DNA of 64,000 nt from the human T2T-CHM13v2.0 reference genome, Homo sapiens, in NCBI RefSeq assembly GCF_009914755.1, contig NC_060932.1. The stretch is one strand, 5' to 3'. A program made the position numbers and the translations under genes. The notes beneath the pieces are model-generated. The model was not told the DNA's origin. It was given only the letters and a program-made list of their open reading frames with translations, and did no database searches. Each line of letters starts with the position of its first letter. The stretch's first letter is position 1. This document shows, one piece after another, positions 53,462 through 64,000 of the stretch.

Positions 53462-54218
53462 ACTGGTACAAAAACAGACACACAGATCAATTGAACGGAA
53501 TAGAGAACCCAGAAATAAGGCCACACACTTACAAACGTACAACTATCTGATCTTCAACAAACCTGACAAAAACAAGCAATGGGGAAAGGATTCCCTATTC
53601 AATAAATGGTGCTGGAATAACTGGCTAGCCATATGCAGAACATTGAAACTGGACTCCTTCCTCATACCAAATTTAAAAATTAACTCAAGATGGATTAAAG
53701 ACTTAAATGTAAACTATAACATTTATAGTTATATAGGTTGCCTGGAGGACAACCTAGGCAATGCCATTCTGGATATAGGAACAGGCAAAGATTTCATGAT
53801 GATGACACCAAAAGAAACTGCAACAAAAGCAAAAATGAACAAATGATATCTAATTAAACTAAAGAGCTTTTGCACATCAAAGGAAACTATCAACAGGGTG
53901 AACAGACAACCTACAGAATGGGAGAAAAATTTTGCAAACTATGCATCTGACAAAGGTCTAACATCCAGCATCTATAAGAACTTAAACAAGAAAAAAAAAC
54001 CAGCCCATTAAAAAGTGGGCAAAGGACATGAACAGACACTTTTCAAAAGAAGATATACATGCAGCCAACAATTCTATGAAAAGAAGCTCAACATCACTGA
54101 TCATTAGAGAAATGCAAATAAAAACCACAATGAGATACCATCTCCCACCAGTCAGAATTAATACTACTAAAAAGTCAAAAAATAACAGATGCTGGTGAGG
54201 TTGTAGAGAGAAAGGAAC
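53462..54218 (+). mobile_element. Primate L1 (older L1PA/L1PB) ORF2 C-terminal fragment
   Basis: ORF 53448-53846 contains [39 protein letters not shown]. Confidence 0.92.
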
Positions 54219-54219
54219 G

Positions 54220-54605
54220 TAACATTCAGAAATTCAGAATACAGAAGTTTAAAAATAAGTTTATTTTTCTAGCAGATAAAACTTAAAGGTAAATGTACAG
54301 CCTAGGGTTGGTAGTCAGCTGTACTCCCTGATTGGTATTGCCAAACTCTACACAGGTAACAACATTCCTGCCAGTTGGCTTTTCCACTCAATTCAAAGAG
54401 GAGAGAAAAAACGAAGACAGGCAATTTTGTCTTTAAGGAGAGTATCAGAAAACTGTACTCATCACTTTTGTTCACATTCCATTGGTCCTAACTTAAAGAT
54501 GGCCACACTATCTGCAAGACAGGCTAGGAAATCCATCTCTAGCTGAGTGGCTAGTCAAATTCAGAGGTCTACTAATAAAAGGAAGGAGAAAACAGCAGTC
54601 TCTGT
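54220..54605 (-). mobile_element. MaLR LTR (MLT1J-like)
   Basis: cacattccattggtc...atggccacac...ctgcaagacaggctaggaaat motifs. Confidence 0.6.
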
Positions 54606-54609
54606 TATT

Positions 54610-56900
54610 TTAATTGATATTAACATTACATTTTAATGTTGGCTAGTGTTTGCCTGGTATGTCTTTTCCTTTGGTTAGTGATTTATGGTTGTATCTTTTT
54701 CTATCCTTATACATTCATTCTATGTTCTAATATTCATGTGTTCCTTCCTCAAATTGTATATAGCTGTTCTTACATCTAGTCTTACCATTACTGTTAAGTT
54801 TTACTAGCAAGATTAGTCTAATGATATACATGGACTATTTCTGACACCTTATTTTGGCTTTCTACTATTCCTGTATTTTCTGCTTTTCTACCTTTATTTC
54901 CAGACTTCTTTTATATTGACCATGACTCTTTCATTTCATTTTCCTCTTATTATTCTGAAAGTTTTACAATTTATTTCATTCATTTGGCAGTTGCACTTAA
55001 AATTTTAACTTTCATATGTTTTAAAAACTAAAGTCAATTATTAAATCCATCTTCCTGATAAATATAAAGATTTTAGAAAGTTTTAACACCAAACATTCCA
55101 CTAGCATCTTAATGCTACTGTTTTCCAATATTTCAGTTTTATTGTATTTTTGTTTCTCAAAATTTATTAGCATTAATATAATTGGTACTGTCGTTTTGGC
55201 TATTTTATACAGTCAGTGTTTCTGGTGAATTGTTACAATTTCTTGGTTTACCTTTCCTTCCTGCACTGCAGAAATTTCTTCTGGAATATTTGTTCATATT
55301 CCCTAGTTCATCATTTAGCAGTTTTTTTTTTTTTTAGTAAGGGTACCAGGATGGTAGATACCCTGGGTTTTGTTTGTAAGTTTGTTGGTTTTGCTTTTGA
55401 AAATATACTTATTTTACCTTCATTATTCTTTGATGGTTTAGATAGGTGTATAATACCAGTTTGACAGTTAATTTCTCTTAGTATTTTTGATGTATTTTAA
55501 AACTTGTTTTCTGGCTTCTATTTTTGCTGTTGAGACATTTGCTGACAGAACTGTTATCTTTTTCTTATTGAAAATATGCCTTTTGTCTCTCTGCTTTTAA
55601 TTACCTTCTATTTCTCTTAGGTTTTCTACAATTTCACTGTAACACATTTACTTATCCTGCTTGGATTTCATTGTTCTTTTTGAATATAAAAATTCATATC
55701 TTTCATAGATCTGAAAATTATTTGAGATTATCTCCTAAAATGCCATATCCCATTCTTTATTTGTTCCTTCCAGATCAGATATATAATTGGCATCTTAATA
55801 ATATATTTTCTCTTAATCTTACATTCATCTTTGTCTCTCTATGCTAGATTCTGGGTAATTCACTTACCTCTATCTTCCAATTCACAACTTTAGTCTTCAC
55901 CTTTAGCTGATCTGTTCTTTAAACCGTACGTGCATTTTAATTTCTGTAATAATTTCTAGAAGTTCTATTGTTTCTTTCTATATCTATCTGGTTATTTTTT
56001 GCAAATTTCTATTTGAGACAATTATAGATTCACAAGCAGTTGTAATAAATAACACATAAAAATACCATGTACGTTTTGCCCTATTTCCCCCATAGTAAAT
56101 CTTGCAAATTATAATACAATATTATAAACAGGATATTAACATTCATATAATCCACCAATATTCAGATTTCTCAGGTATATGAGTATGGATTTTTCTTTAA
56201 TTTTATGCAATTTTATCACGTTTAGGTTCATGTATCTATTGCCACAGCTAAAATAGAGAACAGTCTATCACTGTAAGGATCCTTTTATAACCACACCCTC
56301 CTTTCTGCCCATCCCGCACCCTGTGCCTGCCACACCATCATTAATCTGTTCCCTATTTCTACAATTTTGTCATTTGAAAAATGTTACATAAATGAAATCT
56401 TACTGCAGGTAACCTTGTATGGCTAAGTTTTTTTTTTTACTCAGCATAAATTCAATTCATCCAAGCTGTTGCATGTGTCAAATTTGCTACAAACACTCAC
56501 ATATACATTTCTGTGAGTACCTGGTAATTTTTAAATAGTCTTACATGTTTTCTCTTATTTTTATTTTAAAACATCTTAGGCATAGTTTTAACATACTCCA
56601 TATTTAATAATTATAAATCTGAAGTTTTTAGAGGTCTAATTATGCTGTTTGTTGTCAATGTTGATTATGCTTCTGGAATCTTGTTTTCTCCTATGACTAG
56701 TAACTTTTGTTGAAAACTTATTTTGGCAGATCTCAATATAAAAAAATTTTGGCATGCATAGTTTGGGGGTGCTTTCCTACATACAGAACTTTCATTTGCT
56801 TTTCGCAGGCTCCCTAGACTGATACTAACCCTAAACTTTAAGTCAGTTTCTGGAACTAGGTTTTCCTAGATCGCATAAGTGATATAAAAATATAAACCTA
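54610..56900 (-). mobile_element. Old L1M fragments, including an L1MC/MD-type 3' end at ~56010-56500
   Basis: T-rich reverse L1 motifs; aattatagattcacaagcagttgtaataaataacac. Confidence 0.6.
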
Positions 56901-58830
56901 AATTCACTGTTCTTATAAATTTTTTCCTCTGCAATCTTCCTTTTCTGGTTGATTTCTTTTTCCTAACTCACTCTTTTCCAGGGGAAGAGTACTTTAAGTA
57001 CTTTATTGGGAGGAGGCAGTATTCTAACCCCGCTACCTTGTGTGAGGCCAATGCCTTCTCTCTCATTCTTCCAAGGCTGTAGATCCCTAGTGTTGGCATA
57101 TACCTTCAGGATAGTCCTGGTTGTCACTTAATCTTCATTTTTGGTCCCCAACTGTCATATGAGCTGAGCTATGCATTTAAAAGGATGATTTTTACAGCTA
57201 ATTGGTTTTTTATATTACTGCATGTGAAAGTCAAGGGCATATACAAAAATGTGGACAGTGAATCTCCAAGCTGAAAAGACCATTCAATGCTCTCAAACAT
57301 CTAACTATTCACTCTTCAAATTATTAATCTTTCGCTTCACAAAAACACCTTATGAAACACTAGGATTATGAAGAACACCTGGAAAATGGTAGTGTAGCTA
57401 GTGCTACAGGAATTTATAAGGGGAAAAGGCGGCAAACAATGTTCTTTACATTACAATTTTCAGACAAGGCAGCCAGGGATGGCTTTATTACACAAGACTT
57501 AAGGATAGCTTAAAATGTGAATAGATGGGGGAGTAAGTCATTTCAGCTGATTACATTAGAATTGTTCAGGTGTGAAAAGAAAATTTGTTCAAGGAATAAG
57601 CAGCAGAATAACCTTTGTGCCACAGAATGTTTCTACAGATGAAGAGTAGAAGCAAGGGATGTTTCAGCTAATTTTTTAGGTTAAATAGGTGTTTTCTAGG
57701 TAGACAAGGGCAAGGAAAGGAGTAGCCAGGCCATTCTAGGTCTAGCAGGATAAGACTCAGGAACAGAAGAAAGAAACTGCATAATATGTTTGTGGAAGTA
57801 GAAGTGCAATTTGTTGGGGCTAGGAAATAACTAGGTTGTGTGTGTAGAGACAGAAGAAAACAAAGATATCCCTAGAAAAGTTAGGCAAAGACTAAAAGAA
57901 GTTTGGAGTTTGATTTTGGATTTTAGGCAATGGGCTGATAGTAAACCATATGGTACATTTATGCCAATAAGTAAAAGAAGTCCTCAGAATAATTTATATG
58001 AAACTAAATATACAAACCTAAAATAACAATGGAAATTGTACCTCTTCGGGTTGTGCAGCATACAACTTGCACAACTGTATGCCATGGCTAAGAAATTGGG
58101 AGCCACTAAAAGATTTGATGCCAGAGAATCTAAAATGACGTATGCATTTAGGAACTACCACTCTAGTAAATGAATAGATAATTGCAGTATTGGAGGTCAA
58201 GAGATAAATTAGAAAACCAATGCAATAGTCCTGGTGAGAGATGCTGAATACATGAACTGAAGTAGAAATCATGAGAATAAGAGGACAGAATTAAAATGTC
58301 AAGGGACATAATTGATAGGATATTACCATTTAAATATGGAGAATGATAAAAAATACACTAATATTTCTTGGTTGGTCAGTTGGACAGACAGGATAACATT
58401 CATTAAAATAATATATTCTTTTTCTAGAAATAATGTAGGGGGTGAAAAAGAAAAACATAATATATTTATCAATACACATGGGAGATTGGTTTGCAGAGTA
58501 AGGTGGGAATGCTGGGTCAGGTTGTGCTTGAAATGACCATGAGATATCAAGTTGAAATAATTCTAGGCTAGATAGTGAATAGAGATAGTATATTTAAATC
58601 TGAAGCTCCAAAGAAATATCTGGGGTCATTTAATGGCATCTAAATGACATAGGAACATAAGAGAAAACCCGGATAAAGTGCGGTCAAGTTCCAACTTTGG
58701 AAAATAGCAAAATTTAACAACTTGGAAGAGAAAGTAAAGCCAACAAAGAAGAGTTGTGAGAAGTAGGAGAAACCCAGGAGAAAGCAGTATCTGGAAACCA
58801 AGAAAACAAACTTTAAGGAAAAGAAACCAT

Positions 58831-58870
58831 TGTATTAGTCAGGGTTCTCCAGAAAGCCAGAACCAACAGG

Positions 58871-58926
<56 letters not shown>

Positions 58927-59419
58927 GAAATAGATAAGAGGCAATTTATCAAGGAAATTGGCTACTGTGATTATAGAGGCTGAGAAGTCTTGCAACAGGG
59001 GATCTGTAAGAGTCCCTGGACTGTTGGCAGTGTGGCTCAGTCTAAGTCCAAAAGCCTCAGAATCAGGGAAGCCAATGGCGTAATTCTCAGTCTGAGGAGG
59101 AAGGTCTGCGGAGCTGAGGGACCACTGGTGTACGTCCCAGAGTCCAAAGGTCAGAGGGCCTGGAGTTCTGATGTTCAAGGGCAGGAAAAGAGTGTCCAAG
59201 TTCCAGAAGAGTGAAAATTGCCTTTCCACTGCTTTTTTTTTTTCTATTGGGCCCCCAGCGAATTGGATGGTGTCCACTCACATTGAGGGCAGATCTTCTC
59301 CATTCAGTCCACTGTCTCCTCTAGAAACACCCTCTCACACATATCCAGAAGTAATGCTTTACCATTTCTTTAGACATTCCTTAATCCAGTCAAGTTGACA
59401 CCTAAAATTAATCAGCACA
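58831..59419 (-). mobile_element. ERVL LTR (MLT2-type)
   Basis: tgtattagtcagggttctccaga...ccagtcaagttgacacctaaaattaatcagcaca, with the internal simple repeat typical of MLT2. Confidence 0.9.
58871..58926. repeat. (AGAT)14 tetranucleotide STR
   Basis: Perfect run counted directly. Confidence 0.97.
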
Positions 59420-61581
59420 CCCAGGATGATCAATAGTATCAAATGCTACAGAGAAAACAAGCAGGATGAGAATCAAAATATGGAATTTATTATTGGGATG
59501 TGAATTTCATTAGAGCAAATTCAGTGGCCCACTGGGGATGGATAGCTAATTGTGCCTTATTCCAAAGAGAATGGGGTGCAATAATCAAATGAAGGTATAA
59601 GCCTTGGAAAGAAGAGACATGCATCCCTCTGAGAAGAGGAAATGAAGTGAGCATGGATAAAGACAGGTTTACGAGTATGAAATACAAAAATGAGAGAATT
59701 CACAGATAGCCTCAATTATTTCAGAGATAGGAGGCAATTCATTGGATGAGACCTGGAGAGTTGGGGGTACTGAGGTGGGGGTTTAGGAGGAATAGTAGAT
59801 ATCTGGAGATAGCTGTTTTGGGAAATGGGAAGTCAATCAAGGACACTTAGGAATATAGATCAATTTAGATAAATTACAAATCTATACATTTGTAAAGAAC
59901 TGAATACAGAATTTTTTCAACTCTCAGTTATCTTGGTGAAGGAAGGGAGAAGCCATGGCTATATTGATCCAAGATTGCTGCTTTGAAAAGCAGATAGATG
60001 GAATGATGATTAACCAATCTAGCAAACCTACTATTCTATATCTAATATGTTGAAAATGAATTTATCATCTTCTGCCAGACACATTTCTTCTAGATCCTGC
60101 ATGTCCTGTCTCAGTGAATGGTTCTACAGCCTCTCAGAAATAGGGTCATTCTTGATCCCAATCTCTCTCTCTCTCATTCTTTCACATTCAGTCCTATCCA
60201 TTCCATTTCCTTACTAGTACATCTATACTCTGACTCCTTTGTACCTTTGCACAGGTAGCTCCTTCTACAGTGCACCCTCTTTTTCACACAATTCTCACTC
60301 ATCTTTTATAACTTAGTTCATATATCACTCCCTCCTGAAAACCTTCACTCAAGATCCCTTTCCCTCTAATCTGGATTAGGGACTCTTCAAAGCAGAGCAT
60401 TCTGGTCATACCTCTTTCAAAGCACTTAAAACTTTATAGTAATTAACTATTCTCCCCACTATGCCCACAAGACTAAATTCCTTGAAGGCAAGATTATATC
60501 TTTTATTTCAAGCAATCAGTACTTAGCACAGAATTGTTTGTTGAATTAATGAATAATTATAAAATATAACACTAGATGGCAAAATAAATGGATAACACTT
60601 GAGAATAAGCCCACTATTGTTTAAAATGGCAGGAGGTGATTCACAAAAGTACATCAGTGATGTAAAAGAAATGATATTCAATGATAATTGTCATGGATTA
60701 AATCAATGTCTCTACTAGTCATAGGTCCATTATAACATTTGCATGGAAACATAGTCCAAACTGTATTTCAGAATGCTACAAGTACACCTTCAGTCTGGCA
60801 GTGGCCACAAGCCACCTAATTAAAAGAACAACATCACCTTTAGCTACCATAGTACCAGCTACCATTCGAGTAAGAAACAGCAATATGAGAAAATGCCCCT
60901 CAGTCTTTGGAGCTCTAGGGGAAGCTTTCCCCATACATTTTGTGAGATAAAAGCACATAACACACTTGTTTCACAGTAATAAATTTACCAACTTCTGTAA
61001 CTTAAAACTAATTTTAGGATATTTGTGTTTAAAGAAAAAAAATTCTGTCTCAGAATCTTACTCCAACAGATGACCCATCATTTTGCTCTGAAGGAAAACA
61101 TTCAAAAAGAAAATAAATCTAGATACCAGCTAGGAGTGTTCATGTGGTCACAGTATTTGCACTCAAATAAGTAATGAATGCTCTGAGTCCTCCCATGTTT
61201 AGCATGTGACTCTGATTCTACAAACCTTCCTCTTAGAATAATGTTTAAGCTGATTTATTCCATGTGAATTTCTATGTAAGTTGTTCCCTAAGTAGTTGAT
61301 ACAAATTCTTCTTCATATTAATACACTGTCTTGTGATATTTTAACAAATCACGGAGTATTCAGACATTCAATACTTCCTTATTAGTAGTAAAAATATTGC
61401 CATTGTACGAAAATAATTAACCAAGCAAGTCCCTTGAGCAAAATCCTTAACCTCTCTTAACAGTTGCTGATTTGTAAAATTACAAAAATAATCCCTGTAT
61501 TACAGGATTGCTGTAAAGATTACAGCTAGTATATATGTATATATAAAGCAACTATCACTCTGCTTAGCACACAGTCTGCTA

Positions 61582-61923
<342 letters not shown>

Positions 61924-62553
61924 TTATTTCCATTTTAATGTTCTTGGTGAATATATTTGCAATTTAATTTTGTACATTTTCGTGAAAATACACATAATAC
62001 CCAGAAATATGTATCATCCATATGCATATTCACATACTTTGGAGGGGGGAGTATAGGTGTGTTCCTCAAGTACGTATATATTATTTTGTGCACGTATTAA
62101 GGGTTTATCCACTTTGCTTCTCCATGTACAGACTTCTATTGGATTCAGTAAGGAATCAGAATGATTAATTTCACAAATAAAAAAGAAACTATTTTTTATA
62201 AGCTAAGATATGCTGTAAAGTTATTCTTACAGAGCTATATTTAGTTGAAATCAGATCTAGCAGAGATGGAGATATTTTGCTACACATATTCTACTTCCAA
62301 ATACTTTTTAATTACTTTCTCCTATAAACCATTCTTGGGATTTCTCAACTCTCAATGTAGATAAGGTATTTATATCATACTAAGGATCACACAAATTAAA
62401 ATATGAATATTATTTCAAACCTCTTATTTTCAATAATAAAAATTGGATTGTCTAAGCATTCCAGTTTAATTTACTTTGCTTCAGTTATAATTCACATACA
62501 TAAGAGGATAACAATAATTTTTTAAATTATAATTTTATTATCAAAATAGATGC

Positions 62554-63094
62554 AGTGCAGAAAAGAGTTAACACAGTAGGCCTGAGACTGCTATCCTTAG
62601 AAAGCCCTGCTTGTAAGGTTGGCCCTTAGCTGGCATCTAGAAATTTAGATTTGGGGAGAATTCCCATCATTCCCTAACTGGTAAGAGTGGCTTATTATGT
62701 ATAAATTGTTTGTGTAAACAGTATGGTTTATGCTAAACATAAATTCCATTCAAACAGGAATTTGGAATTTTGGTGTGTGCTAGGTAGGATGTGCCTGTGT
62801 AACCAGCTCCAGTAGAAACCTTGGGTACTAAGTCTCTAATGAGCCTCCTGGTAGACAACATGGTACATGCATGGTAATAATTCACTGCTGGGGTACTTCA
62901 CTGGGAGGGGCCCCTTGGAATCTTGTCCCTAGTTTCCTCCAGACTTTGCTCCATCTGCCTTTTCCTTTTGCTGATTCTGCTTTGCATACTTTTGCTATAA
63001 TAAATCATACCTGTGAGTACAACTATATATTAATTTCTATGAGTCCCTGTAGAAAACCAAGGAACCCTGGTGTAGTCTTGGGACCCCCAACACA
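62554..63094 (+). mobile_element. Solo ERVL LTR (MER68/MER77-like)
   Basis: gcagaaaagagttaacacagtaggcctgagactgctatccttagaaa...gggacccccaacaca; 5-bp TSD gatgc at 62549-62553 and 63095-63099. Confidence 0.8.
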
Positions 63095-63656
63095 GATGCT
63101 ATAAAATGTCTTTAATCAAAATATCTTCTATTATTTTTCATTTTATATTGTCATTATTTTCATTAGGTGCATCATTTAGGAATAGAGAGAAATAGGCTAA
63201 ATAATTAAGATAAACAAATAATTATATAAATGCTGCTATCAGTAATAATCTTATTAGGCAGGAGATGAAAAAGGCCAACAATCACCTAATTATGAAGTCC
63301 AGAACAATTTGAGTTTTCTCCTAGATTACAGCCCATTTTATAAATGTAAATTTTAGATTATTTGTAACAGATTATAATATCCTAACCAGGTTACTGATAA
63401 TTTTTAGCAATTTCACTTTCTTATAATAGAAATTGATTTCCCTTTAGATGATGATAATCAAGCCTAATCATTTTAATTTCAAAATGGGATATATTTGTTT
63501 TAGGATATCTTTTTAGTCTTAAAAAGCATAAATACATTGGCATGGATTCACTCCACAGCATGTTTTAAAATCAAAATCTACTTAAGTGAAAATTCTGAAC
63601 TCTTCAAATTTGTCTCAAGTATTTCTCAATAATATTTCCAATGGTAGGGAACTTAC

Positions 63657-63709
63657 ATTTTTTTGCAGTGTGGGCATTTTGCCAGAGTGTTGAACCTCAG
63701 TTCCATCCA
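63657..63709 (-). CDS. PIP4P2: PIP4P2 coding exon with CxxC motif
   Basis: ttttacag|TGG...AT|gtaagt; 53 nt; WMELRFNTLAKCPHCKK(I); phase 2 joins the exon at 51666. The rest of the gene is beyond the window. Confidence 0.94.
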
Positions 63710-64000
63710 CTGTAAAATAAACAAAGAGAGGAATTGAAAAGAAAACAACTGAAAACTATCCAATCTGATAAGACATTTCTTTTACTTTAAATGTCATCAG
63801 GGATCACAACAGAAGCAATCACCTTCTCACGGTTACATGAGTTTTTCCCTCCAATACTTCTCTCCCTCTCTTAAAATACAATATGAGATCCTCCTCTGAA
63901 ATAGTTCCCATGACTTTTCCAATGCTCTGACGCAATCTAGGTTTGCTTTACATGAATACTGAATGTAATACCATAATTGGGGTCATCTTGTTCAGTAAGT

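Larger units (their letters stand above)
57700..60000 (-). mobile_element. L2 fragments interrupted by an LTR
   Basis: gggagccactaaaagattt; gcaatagtcctggtgagagatg; atcaaatgctacagaga motifs. Confidence 0.55.

Noticed and set aside
53448-53846. 132-aa ORF as a host gene (also 16234-16611 and 20951-21178)
   Set aside because: L1 ORF1/ORF2 remnants.
58050-58080. Hairpin gttgtgca...tgcacaac
   Set aside because: Resembles the terminus of a MER91-type hAT remnant rather than an RNA gene.
60566-60583. CTCF-like ACACTAGATGGCAA
   Set aside because: Mismatches at both ends of the core in very AT-rich context; too weak without ChIP data.

Overview
Primate (human-like) genomic DNA with spliced genes and dense interspersed repeats; the six-frame ORF track is almost entirely repeat or GC-rich noise. 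Manual splicing recovers three genes. (1) The last three coding exons and a ~3.9-kb 3'UTR of NECAB1 on + (4730-~14320). (2) The complete C8orf88 gene on - (non-coding exon 1 in a CpG island at ~40036-40160; five coding exons giving 117 aa with a 4E-BP-type YSRDFLL motif). (3) The last three exons of PIP4P2/TMEM55A on - (~49190-63709). From recall, this gene order matches human 8q21.3. The points most worth follow-up are: C8orf88 looks like a 4E-BP-type protein lacking the usual mTORC1 control motifs, its predicted mRNA has an out-of-frame overlapping uORF as first AUG, and its terminal exon lies antisense inside the NECAB1 3'UTR; a young L1PA insertion carries a 42-bp 3' tag that itself looks like older L1 endonuclease sequence; an old L1 contains an internal ~1.1-kb inversion; a ~390-bp AT-rich foldback sits in the last NECAB1 intron; and there is a candidate 42-nt in-frame NECAB1 cassette exon. 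Gene and repeat-family names come from recognition, not database searches, and repeat boundaries are approximate.
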